This document shows, piece after piece, positions 26,711 through 38,500 of a stretch of 64,000 nt of DNA. This stretch comes from Mustelus asterias (Eukaryota), in NCBI RefSeq assembly GCF_964213995.1, contig NC_135830.1, positions 17,050,001 through 17,114,000 of the forward strand. The letters are read 5' to 3'. The position numbers were made by a program, and so were the translations under genes. The notes beneath the pieces were generated by a model that was given only the letters and a program-made list of their open reading frames with translations, did not search any database and was not told where the DNA came from. How positions within the stretch are numbered: position 1 is the first letter of the stretch; each line of letters starts with the position of its first letter.

Positions 26711-26804
26711 TACCAGCAGTTAGGTGCAGTCAACCGGCCTGTCTGCAAGGTTCAACTCTGCTGTGTTGCTGCAGGTTCTCATGGTTAGACTTTCCACCAG
26801 TGTC

Positions 26805-28105
26805 TATTACAAGCCCAACAACTCCCACAACTATCTTGACTGCAGTTCTTCACACCCCACATCCTGAAAGGACTCCATCCCATTCTCTTCATTCTTTCAC
26901 GTCCGCTGCATCTGTTCTGATGATGCCACTTTCTTAAATAGCATTGCAGATATGTCTTTCTTCTTCAACAGTTGTGGTTTTCCACCCACTGTTGTTGACA
27001 GGGCTCTTGACCATGTCCGACCCATCCCCCAGCCACTGCTCTCACTCCCTCCCCTCCCTCCCAGAACCAGGACAGGGTTCCCCTTGTCTTCACTTTTCAC
27101 CCAACCAGCCTCCGCATTCAAAGGATCATCCTCTGCCATTGCTGCCAATTCCAGCATGATGCCACTACCCAACACATCTTCCCCTCAACCACTCACCCCT
27201 TCCTCCAGCATTCCGCAAGGAACATTCTCTCTGGGATATCCTGGTCCACTCCTCCATCCCACCCAACCTCCTATCCCCTACCTATGGCACCTTCCCATGC
27301 AATAGTAGGAGGTGCAACACCTGCCACTTTATCTCCTCCCTGTTCACCTCCCGGGTCCTGAACACCCTTTCAGGTGAAGCAGTGCTTCACATGCACCTTC
27401 TCCAATCTGGTCTATTCAATTCACTGCTCCCAATCCAGTCTACTCTACATCGGAGAGACCAAACACAAATTGGGTGACCACTTTGTTGAACACCTTCACT
27501 CCATCCGCAAGCAGGACCCAGACGTTCCTGTCACTTGCCGCTTCAACACACCACCCTGCTCTCCTGCCCACATGTCCGTCCTTGGCCTTTTCCAATGTTC
27601 TTGTGAACCCCAATGCAAATTGGAGGAACAGAACCTCATCTTCCGATTGGGCACTTTACAGCCTTCCAGACTGAACATTGAGTTCAACAACTTCAGAGCA
27701 TGATTCTCCCCTCCACCTTCACCCCATTTCCATTTATTTTATTTCATTTTGTTTCTTCTTTTCATCTAATTCATCCATTTTATCATACTTCTTTCTCACT
27801 TCCATTTTTTAACTTCTTCATTCCTGCTCTCCTTCTCGCCCACACCCGCCCCCTCCCCCCCACCAACCCCCTCCCCCCCCACCCCCCCCCCCCCCCCTCC
27901 ATTCAGGGCAAACCATCTGTACCTCTGCTCTACCGTTCTGATTAACACTTTTCACACCTCTCTCAGCCTTCTACATTCTCCTTTTCATTCCCTTTGTCCA
28001 ATTACAGCACCCCCCCCCCTTCCACCCTCATAATATAAATCTTGTCTGATTTTCTTTGCCCTTAGCTCTGATGAAGCGTCATCCAAACTCGAAACGTTGG
28101 CTAGT
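26805..28105 (+). mobile_element. Penelope-like element 3' part (GIY-YIG endonuclease) with a degenerate hammerhead motif
   Basis: ORF 27374..27703 reads NLVYSIHC...LYIGETKHKLGDHFVEH. CTGATGA...GAAACGTT at 28068-28098. Confidence 0.8.
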
Positions 28106-28289
28106 TACTCAATATTTGTTTCGTTATTCAATATTAAATATGAATACATGTATTTAATACATACATCTTCATTCCGAGTTGAATATCTCGGGAATATGCA
28201 ACATTGCATTGCAAACATGACTGACCAATAAAAGAAATCGAGTCACTGGGTGAATCACATCCCATGGTGCTTATTTGAGACAGTTTTTA

Positions 28290-29030
28290 AACATCATGCT
28301 ACTGTGCAGAGGGACCTGGGGGTCCTTGTGCACGAATCGCAAAAACTCAGTCTGCAGGTGCAGCAGGTGATCAAGAAGGCAAATGGAATGTTGGCCTTTA
28401 TCGCGAGGGGGATAGAATATAAAAGCAGGGAGGTCTTGCTGCAACTGTACAAGGCACTAGTGAGGCCGCAACTGGAGTACTGTGTGCAGTTTTGGTCCCC
28501 TTATTTGCGAAAGGATATATTGGCCTTGGAGGGAGTGCAGAGAAGGTTCACCAGGTTGATACCGGAGATGAGGGGTGCAGCTTATGAGGAGAGATTGAAC
28601 AGATTGGGTCTGTACTCATTGGAGTTTAGAAGGCTGAGGGGTGATCTTATAGAGACATATAAGATAATGAAGGGGCTGGATAGGGTAGAGGTAGAGAGAT
28701 TCTTTCCACTTAGAAGGGAAACCAGAACTAGAGGGCACACCTCAAAATAAGTGGGGGCCGGTTCAGAACAGAGTTGATGGGGAACTTCTTCTCTCAGAGG
28801 GTAGTGAATCTCTGGAGTTCTCTGCCCATTGAAGTGGTGGAGGCTTCCTCGTTGAATAAGTTTAAATCACGGGTAGATAGATTTCTGATCGATAAGGGAA
28901 TTAAGGGATATGGGGAGCAGGCGGGTAAGTGGAACTGATTCGCCTCAGATCAGCCATGATCTTGTTGAATGGCGGGGCAGGCTCGAGGGGCCTAGATGGC
29001 CTACTCCTGCTCCTATTTCTTATGTTCTTA
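28290..29030 (+). mobile_element. CR1 LINE 3' fragment inserted into a tRNA-Val repeat unit
   Basis: ORF 28250..28750 is the RT C-terminus; (TTCTTATG) tail. Confidence 0.9.
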
Positions 29031-29588
29031 AACAATATCAAATATCTTTAAAGGGAAAAGATTTAATAATGATCTGCTAGTTATACTTAATCCCTCTTTA
29101 TTCTGCGTGTGAAACATTCTGGCGTCTAAATCCCGTTCATCTCTCGAAAAGTCCAGCAGATCTACACTGAGTTTCGATTTACTCATCTGCCTGAGTGATT
29201 TTTTCCCATTTCTTTATTATGAAGAACAAATTTAAAAATATGCTTCCGGGAAATGTGCGCCATTTCCTCTAGTTCAGTTACAGTTTCACTTGTGTCTGTC
29301 TTTATGAGCACACATGTTTCAGATGATGATTAACTATGTTAGTCTGCATTTGTAAAACCATTATATTCTGTTATGGACTGAACAAGTTGCTAATATGCGC
29401 ACAGTCTCAAAATACACACATTTATTTCCTCATTGCGTCTTAAAATACAGCATTTCTGATTTTGCTGAAAGCATTTGTGGCCGAGTTCAGAGCAAAGATA
29501 ACGTGGTTACAACATGGAGAATCGGATAATGTTCAGCAACAACTACCATGCAAAACTTCCCTCACGCTAAACGAAGAACTACAATTAG

Positions 29589-29661
29589 TGCTTCTGCCCG
29601 GTTTTGAACCGTGGACCTTTCGCGTGTGAGGCGAACGTGATAACCACTACACTACAGAGAC
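29589..29661 (-). tRNA. tRNA-Val(CAC), best-preserved copy but with stem mismatches (possible pseudogene)
   Basis: Reverse complement GTCTCTGTAGTGTAGTGGTTATCACGTTCGCCTCACACGCGAAAGGTCCACGGTTCAAAACCGGGCAGAAGCA, close to canonical vertebrate tRNA-Val. Confidence 0.85.
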
Positions 29662-30648
29662 AACTGATACTATAGCGCTTACAATGTGCAACTCCATTGT
29701 GTTGCTGCAGGTTTGAATGGTTATACTGAGAGCCCATGTCACTCAATACAAGACAAAAACCGTTTCTTTCAACCTGATTTCTCAATTTATCTTGAACTTC
29801 AACCTTTAAAAGCGGTCGTCCGGCAAATATCGAAGGAAGCAATGATTTCTGCTCAATCATTAATGCATCATTCTCATCTTCCTTCGAATAATTTCAACCA
29901 GTTCTACTCAGTATTTGTTCGTTGTTCAATGTTAAATATGAATATATTTTTATTAATTACATATCTCCTCATTCTGAATGAAATATCTCCGAAATAGACA
30001 ACATTGAATTGCAAACATGAATCGAGTCACATGTCACGGTGCTTAATTGAGATTGACCACAATCAGCTTTTAAACAAAATCAAATATCTTTAAAGGGAAT
30101 AGATTTAAGAATGACTTGTTAGTTATACTTGATCCCTCTTTATTCTGTGTGTGAAACACTCAGGCATCTAAATCCTGTTCAGCTGTGGGAAAGTCCAGTA
30201 GATCCGCACTGATTCTCGATTTCCTCAACTGTCTGAATGGTTTTCCCGATTTCTTTACTCTGAAGAACGATGTTAAAATAATGGTTCCGCGCAATGTGCG
30301 TCATTTCCTCTAGTTCAGTTACAGTTTCACTTGTGTCTGCCTTTTTGAGCACACAATACTATTAGACATGGTTCAGATGATGATTAACTTTGTTAGTCTG
30401 CATCAACAAAGCCATTAAATTCTGTTGTGGACTGAATGAGTTGCTGATATGTCCACGGTGTCAAAACAGGAACATCTATTTCCTCTCATTGCGTCATAAA
30501 AATACAAGATCTCTGATTTTGCTGAAAGATTTTGAGGCCGAGGTCAGAGTAAAGATAACATGGCTTTAATATTGAGTTTCGGATAATGTTCAGCAACAAA
30601 TTTCAATCATGTAAACTTCCCTCACCCTTAATGAACAAATTTTAATAA

Positions 30649-30721
30649 TATTTCGGCATGGTTTTGAACGAGGGATTTTCCGTGTGTGAGGCGAATGCAA
30701 CCACCATTACACTACAGAAAC
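30649..30721 (-). tRNA. tRNA-Val(CAC) pseudogene
   Basis: Reverse complement GTTTCTGTAGTGTAATGGTGGTTGCATTCGCCTCACACACGGAAAATCCC...; heavily mutated. Confidence 0.7.
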
Positions 30722-30805
30722 TGTTGGCGTCTGTAGGACCCAATGGGACTCTCTTGAAATGTTGCAACACTCATTGGGACTGCTGTAGACATATTGATCC
30801 AAGAA

Positions 30806-32205
30806 TGATTTTGATTTGATTTGATTTATTATTGTCACATGTATTAACGTACAGTGAAAAGTATTGCTTCTTGCGCGCTATACAGACAAAACATACCGTT
30901 CATAGAGAAGGAAGCGAGAGTGTGCACTTTGCAGTGTTACAGTCATAGCTAGGGTGTAGAGAAAGATCAACTTAACGCAAGGTAAGTCCATTCAAAAGTC
31001 TGACAGCAGCAGGGAAGAAGCTATTCTTGAGTCGGTTGGTACGTGACCTCAGACTTTTGTATCTTTTTCCCGAAGGAAGAAGGTGAAAGAGAGAATGTCC
31101 GGGGACGTGGGGTCCTTAATTACGCTGGCTGCTTTGCCGAGGCAGCGGGAAGTGTAGACAGAGTCAATGGATGGGAGGCTGGTTTGTGTGATGGATTGGG
31201 CACAATCACGACCTTTTGTATTTCCTTGCAGTCTTGGGCAGAGAAGGAACCACAGCAAGCTGTGATACAACCAGAAAGAATGCTTTCTATGGTACATCTG
31301 TAAAAGTTGGTGAGAGTCGTAGCTGACGTGCAAAATTTCCTTCGTCTTCTGAAGACGTGGAGGTGTTGGTGGGCTTTCTTAACTATAGTGTCGTCATGGG
31401 GGGACCAGGGCAGATAGTTGGTGATCTGGAGACCTAAAAACATGAAGCTCCCGACCCTTTCTACTTCGTCCCTGTTGATATAGACAGGGACATGTTCTCC
31501 TTTACGCTTCCTGAAGTCGATGACAATCTCCTTCATTTAGTTGACATTGAGGGAGAGACTATTGTTGCTGCACCAGTTCACCAGATTCTTTACCTCATTC
31601 CTGTACTCTGTCTCATCATTGTTTGAGATCTGACCCACTACGGTGGCATCGTCAGCAAACTTGAAAATCGAATTGAAGGGGAATTTGGCCACACAGTCAT
31701 AGGTGTATAAGGAGTATAGTAGGGGGCTGAGAACACAGCATTGTGGGGCACCGGTGTTGAGGATGATCGTGGAGGAGGTGTTGTTGCCTATCTTTACAGA
31801 TTATGGTCTGTGAGTTAGGAAGTTCAGGATCCAGTCACAGAGGAGGTGCCGAGGTCCAGGTCACGGAGTTTGGAGATGAGTTTCGTGGGAATAATAGTGT
31901 TGAAGTCTGATCTGTAGTCAATAAATATGAGTCTGTCCTTGTTATCTAGGTGATCCAGGGTTGAGTGCAAGGCCACGGAAATGCCGTCTGCTGTGGACCT
32001 GATGCGGCGATAGGCAACTGTAGTGGATCCAGGTAGTCCGGGAGGCTGCAATTGATTCGTGCCATGACAAACCTTTCGAAGCACTTCATAATGATGGATG
32101 TCAGAGCCACCGGCCGATAGTTATTAAGACATGCTGCTTGATTTTTCTTAGGTACCGGGATGATGGTCGTCTTCTTGAAGCAGATAGGGACTTCAGATTG
32201 TTGTA
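30806..32205 (-). mobile_element. Rex1/Babar-type LINE, 5'-truncated
   Basis: [12 protein letters not shown]...[25 protein letters not shown] and NFYRCTIESIL motifs; (GATTT)n tail at 30806-30826. Confidence 0.8.
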
Positions 32206-32789
32206 ATGATTGAAAATGGTTGGCAATGGCAAAGAACAATAAGAGGCCCTTCGACCCACCATGCCTATGCCAGTTATTTTATGACGAGCTACCAAACTGA
32301 CTTGTCGGTGCGGGCTTGGTGGGCCGATGGACCTGTTCCTATGCTGCACTGTTCTTTGCTCTCATTTCAATTTCCTCCTCTCATTCCATGAAGCTGATTT
32401 TTCTCCCTTTCAATCCCCATTTGAAGAAGTAGTTTCTGTGGAATCCATGTACAGTTTGCTTTAGGTAACAACGTTTCACTGACCCAATGGCATGAAGTAT
32501 TGGATATAGCTTCCCAATATAGTTTTCAACGTAAGCATATATTTATTTATGCAATTGATTTCAAATGGAATTTACAAAACGGGTTTAATCGGATGAAGCA
32601 TCTCCTCACTATTTCGGAATCATATCTAATATAATTACATTAACTCCACAACTTTCCACAGAGTGTGGAATATAACAGAGGCGAATGGATCATCTATACC
32701 TGAAGCAGTTTCCTTGTGTTGTTCCGAACATCCGATCTGACAACCTCGAGAATGGGTGGGGAATCTGTCTTACCTACAGTGACCTCACA

Positions 32790-33082
32790 TGGGGTGGCAC
32801 GGTGGCACAGTGGCACACTGCTGCCTCACAGCGCCAGGGATTCGGGTTCGATTCCTGGCTTGGGTCTGAGTGGAGTTTGCACGTTCTTCCTGTGTCTGTG
32901 TGGATTTGCTCCAGTGTCCTCCCACAGTCTGAAAGACGTGCTGGTTAGGTGCATTGTCATGGTAAATTTCTCCCTTAGTGTACCTGAACAGGTGGCGGAG
33001 TGTGGCGACTAGGGGATTTTCACAGTAACTTTATTGCAGTATTAACGTAATCCTACTTGTGACATTAATAAATAAACTTTAA
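32790..33082 (+). mobile_element. HE1-like SINE with the GACA(C/T)TAATAAATAAACTTT-type tail
   Basis: tRNA head and core; same tail as the SINE ending at 20975. Confidence 0.8.
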
Positions 33083-33674
33083 ACAAGATACGGACACATC
33101 CAGAATGTGTTTGGCTGTAAAAATAAATACATCGATTATTGCTTATTCTCCAAAAGTGTCCACCATTGATGAGAAATAGATTTCTGGCTGTTCCTGTTGC
33201 TAAAATGGACAGTTCCACCGCAATGATTATCTAACGGGATATTGCCGCACTGACATGACCCCAGGGAATTCCAATTCAGAAAGTTACTCTGGGGCTAGTA
33301 CGCTTTCGGGATTGTCAGTGAGTGCACTTCTCTTGAGTGTGTCAGTGGCTGTGTTAATCTGTTTGTTTATCTTCCTTAGTGATTGTCTGTGTGTCTATGT
33401 TTGAGTCGATCAGTTTGAGAATCGATCACTGTTTTTACTTGTCCCTGTGTCTATGCTTTTGTTGATTCTGTGCGGTATACGAGGCTTCTAGTGAACACGG
33501 AGTTGGAGTTATTCGTGTATTTTCATAGTTAGCAACTCAGACTAATGTGTCAGAAATCTACAGAATAATTCTGGATTTATAACGAGGGACGTTAGAATTG
33601 ATGTCAGTCTCTGGGCATATATCTATATGGTTATATATCCTTACACGTGTTGGTCTTTGCATGTGGCCGTGTGT

Positions 33675-33915
33675 GTATCTGCTCTCCCCGTGTCTGCGTG
33701 GGTTTCCTCGGATGCTCCGGTTTCCTCCCACGGTCCAAAGATGTGCAGGTTAGTTTGATTGGCCATGCTAAATTGACCCTAGTGTCAGGGGGATTAGCGG
33801 AGTAAATGTATGAGGTTACGGGAATAGGGCCTGGGAGGCTTGTGATCGGTACAGACTCGGTGGGCCGAATGGCATTTTTCTGTACTGTACGAATTCTATG
33901 ATTCTATGATTCTAT
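33675..33915 (+). mobile_element. HE1-like SINE, 5'-truncated
   Basis: Core and (ATTCTATG)n tail. Confidence 0.8.
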
Positions 33916-34187
33916 TATCTAGATATGTATCAGCCTTTACAGGTGACCGTGTGTGTATCTGTTTCCAATATGCGGCATTGCTGTCCACGGGAGGGCGCTC
34001 TCTGATCACTTATGAAAAATCACGATTCCCTTCGAGAGGAAGCGTCTGTTTGAAGATGTAAAAATGGGCGGAGAGACGAAGTGACTTTCGACCTCATAAC
34101 ATCCCACTGACTGTTTCAACTTCTCCATTTCCAGGTCTTATGCAGGCAGTGATCACTGCCTCTGTTTCTGGTGTTCAGACTGGAACT

Positions 34188-34655
34188 ATGAGGGTGCTGA
34201 CTGTCTCTGGTTATTGTCCTGATCGCAGGACGGTCATTTTGAACCTTTGACTGAAATCCGCCAATCACCATATTCATTCCCCATTTCCATCTCTCGGCGA
34301 TTATTCCGTTGTTGTTACTCCTTCTAAACCGCTGCGTGTCTGTTGTCTATTTTCAGAGATGAGTAACGGTGACTCAGTGTCCCAGTCAGAACCAAGAGTT
34401 GAAGCAGCAGAGGGTGAAGATTCAGCAATACCCTGCAGTTACTCTGTATAGGGTTTACCTACAGTCTATGTCCTGTTCTGGTATCGCCAGTATCCACACC
34501 GAGCTCCTCAGAGCCGATAGTTATGGATTTACCGATACGGCTCCCGGCTTTAAACATTTCAGCGGGAACCTCAGCCAGACACAAAGCACTTTTCACTTGT
34601 CCATGAAAGATTTGAAGATGACAGATAACGCCGTGCATTACTGTGCACTCAGACC
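34188..34655 (+). pseudogene. T-cell receptor alpha/delta-type V gene segment pseudogene (degenerate leader about 34188-34232; V exon 34357-34655)
   Basis: After TTTCAG the exon reads GDSVSQSEPRVEAAEGEDSAIPCSYSV*...LFWYRQYPHRAPQ, then a frameshift, then ...STFHLSMKDLKMTDNAVHYCALR. TAG at 34449-34451. Confidence 0.85.
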
Positions 34656-34694
34656 CACAGTGAATGAGGATCCCGCGGGCTTCGTACAAAAACT
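34656..34694 (+). promoter_or_regulatory. V(D)J recombination signal sequence, 23-bp spacer
   Basis: CACAGTG (34656-34662), 23 nt, ACAAAAACT (34686-34694). Confidence 0.92.
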
Positions 34695-35502
34695 GGCGCA
34701 GGTCCTCAATCAATGGTTCCTTGTCCGCAAAACACCTTGCGTTGAATTTCAGATAAAATGTGCAGATCATGAGCCTGCCAATGCAGCCCCATCTGAGTGG
34801 CTTTCCCTCCTAACGTCAATGATTGTCACTGTTGGGGAAATGTGACATTTGGCGCTCAGATTATTCCTGGATAAATCCAATCATTTCCTGATCCCAATCA
34901 CAAAACCCACAGATGTCCCGGGTGAATAACTTAATAAATCAGTATTTTTAATCTTTCTGTGTCAGATGTTTATCTGTCAGGGAACACCTGTTAAATGTGA
35001 TCTAATATCAAAGGCACACTGAGAGTTGTCACATTTTGAAGTTTCTGGACAGAAATAATGACTGATTGAATCAGTACTTTCCCAGTATAAGAGTAATCCC
35101 AGTGGAAACGCAAGTCAATGTGGACTTGGGTGATTACTTATCCCCGGTATAAATAAAGCAGTGACTACTATTATGTTTATGCAGTGGATGCACTCATTAA
35201 TACCCGCAGAGTAAATGAGTGTAAATTATTTATTTCACTTTTAACTTTATTTATAAAGAAAGATTTATCTATAAAAAGGGGGACATTGAGTTCGATCGAA
35301 AGAGGGTGAACCGAGAAAGAGACAGTGTAACTGATAACGTTATTCACCTTTCATGGAAAGAGAAGGAGAGTGAGACCTCTTTTTAGGTCAAACCAAGTAA
35401 ACAAACTCAAATTAAATCAGGACAAAGTAAAAGGGGCAGCTCCCCAAAAAGGAGGGGGAACAGCCCGAACAGAAATCAAAATGCAAAGGAAACTTAAAAA
35501 CA

Positions 35503-38500
35503 TCAAATTAAAATGTGATTATTAGGGTCAATAATGCACCCCAACCCCTGCGGTGCCCAGCGGGCGCGGAAAGCGTCAACCTCGCCCGTGGACACCGCAT
35601 GCTCCCTCTCCAGGGACACCTGGCCGCGAACGTAGCCGCGGTAGAGGGGAAGACAGTCAGGATGGACGGCCCCCTCGATCGCCCGCTGCCTGGACCGGTA
35701 AATGGCGCGTTTCGCCAGGCCCAGGAGCAGGTTCACGAGGAGGTCGCCATCCCGACCCTCCCCTCTCCGCACCGGGTGTCCGTAGATCAGGAGCGTGGGA
35801 CTGAAGTGCAAACAAAACATCAATAAAAGGTTCTTCAGGAAAACATTAAGGGAGTGCAGCCTAAGCCACTCAACATAGACATGGTCCACGGACTCCACAA
35901 GGCCACAGAAAGGGCAGTCTTCGGAGCCCGTGAACCAGTGAATCCTACGGTTGTGCGGAACTGCTGCATGCATCACCCTCCACCCCAGGTCCCCGACGTA
36001 ATTGGGGGAGATCCCTCCGTAGAGGGACCTCCAGCGGGGACCTCCGCCGCCCGGCGGCAACAAGGCCCGCCAAGGTGTATCCGGGCGACAGGCGAGGAGG
36101 CGGTAGTGGAAGGTGTGCAGCAGCAGCCCGCACAGGAAACGCCTCCGCGCGGTAGAAAAAGGCACGGAGGGCATTTCCGCGAGGCGGCTCAGGCTGTGGG
36201 GCACCTCACCCAGGGGAGGGGGCTGAGGCTTTGGGCCAATGTGGAATTCCGCCCGAACAGGGGAACGCTCGGGCGGGATCCCACCGCACGCCTGCGCCGT
36301 CTCAAGTTTGCGTGCAGTTTCGGGGCCGAGCACGACCGTCCTAAGGTCTAGGATGGCTTTGGCCGCGCGCCGGACGGACGTCCCCACGCGCTCAGCCAGC
36401 ACGCGGGGACTCATCCAGCCCGCTCCTCCGCCATCGAGCACGTCCCCGATTCTGGTCACCCCGGCGTCCACAGCCCCCCTCTCCGCCAGCCACCTGAAGT
36501 TATACGGCTGGAGGAGCGGATTCCTGAGCAGCGGCTCTCGCACGAGAGCCGCTACTCCTGACGGGGGAGAGCTGCGTCGCGAGGCGACCTTGTTCCAGAC
36601 AGTGAGGAGGTCCTGGTAAAAGACGGGCAACTCCTGCAGGGTGGTCGAAGCACGCCCCAGTTCGATATGCAGGAGCTGCACGTCATAATTGAGGCCGTGC
36701 CACTGGCGGAAGAAATACGTCGCCATGGCACACCACTGTGGAGGGGGCTCAACGTAAAGGTACCTCTGCAGGGCCTGGAGGCGGAAGGTCGCTATCTGAG
36801 TGCGGAGGCACACCAGACCTTGTCCGCCCTCCTCAAGCGGGAGATACAGGACCGCAGCAGGGACCCAGTGCAGTCGATTGCCCCAGAAGAACCGCTCGAG
36901 GGTTTTCTGGATATCGGTGACAAAGCCAGGGGGAGGGGTCAAAGGGACCAGCCGGTACCACAGCATGGAGGCGACCAGCTGGTTTATGACGCGAGCTCGC
37001 GCCCCGTAGGACAGCACTCGGAGCAGTCCTGTCCAGCGACTCAGGCGGGCGGAGACTTTGGCCTCCAGCTCCCGCCAGTTCGCCGGCCAGGATTCCTCGG
37101 CTGGGCAGAGATGGGCCCCCAAGTAGAGGAGGTCGGTCCTGCTCCAGGTGAAAGGCCTGAGCTCCTCCGGGAGGGGGTCCGTCTCCCAAGGACCGACAAG
37201 GAGTCCGGAGCACTTGGCCCAGTTGATCCTGGCGGAGGACGCGGCGGAGTACACCGCCTGGCATTCTCGCATCCTCCGCAGGTCAGCCGGGTCCGTGAAC
37301 ATGAGGAGCACGTCGTCGGCGTAAGCTGACAGGACCACCCCTACGTCCGGTCCGCGCAGGACCAAACCTGACAACCTCCTCCGCAAGAGGCGCAGGAATG
37401 GCTCCACGCATACGGAATACAGTTGGCCGGACAAGGGGCAGCCCTGCCGTACTCCTCTCCCGAAGCGAAGGGGCGCCGTCAGGGACCCGTTAACCTTAAT
37501 CAGACACTCTGCGGCAGAGTACAGTAATCGGATCCGGGCGACAAAATGCGTCCCGAACCCGAATGCCCGCAGAGTCCCGAGTAAATACTCGTGCTCCACC
37601 CTGTCGAACGCCTTCTCCTGATCTAATGACAAGAAGGCGCCCGACAGACCAGCCCTCTGGGTGTGATGGATTAGGTCCCGGACCAGGTGGAGATTGTCAT
37701 GTATGCAACGGCCCGGGACCGTGTAGGACTGGTCAGGGTGGATCAAGTGGTCCAGCACGGATCCAAGGCGTGAAGCCATAGCCCTGGCAAAGATTTTATA
37801 ATCCGTGCTGAGGAGGGAGACCGGGCGCCAGTTCTTGAGCAGGTGGAGATCCCCCTTCTTGGGCAGCAGGGCAATGACGGCCCTGCGCCACGAAAGGGGC
37901 ATCTCCCCGGTAGCGACGCTCTCCCCCAGGACCCCCGCGTAGTCGCTCCCCAGGACGTCCCAGAACGCCCTGAAGAACTCTACTGTCAGCCCGTCCAGCC
38001 CAGGGGCCTTGCCCCGGCTGAGGCCATTTAGGGCGCCGGTCAGCTCGGCCATGGTGGTAGGGGCCTCGAGCCTGCCGACGCCCTCCGGGCTGACCTGCGG
38101 CAGGTCCTCCCACAGAAGTCTGCGGGCATCCTCGCTGGACGGATCCGGAGAGAAGAGCGAGGTGTAATACTCCCGGGCAATGGCCCGGATGCCCTCCGGA
38201 TCCGAGACGGGGGAACCGTCGTCGGCCAGCAGCGTAAGGAGCTGCTGACGGTTAGCCCGCCCTCTTTCCAGCGAGTAGAAGAAGGGGGAGCCGCGGTCCA
38301 GGTCCACCTGGAACTGGAGCCGCGACCTCACGTACGCGCCGCGAGACCTGGCAAGCTGCAGGTCCCGCAGCGCGTCCTTCTTCTCCCTGTACTCCGAACG
38401 CAGGGCCGGGTCCGCGTCAGGCCGACTGAGACGTGCCTCCAGGTCGAGCACCTCCTTCTCCAACTCCTCGAGCCTGGATTTCCGCCTCTTTGTCGACCCC

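Noticed and set aside
34369-34845. 158-aa ORF as a functional receptor gene
   Set aside because: Only its middle part is in the V frame. It runs through the RSS, and the true V frame has a stop and a frameshift.
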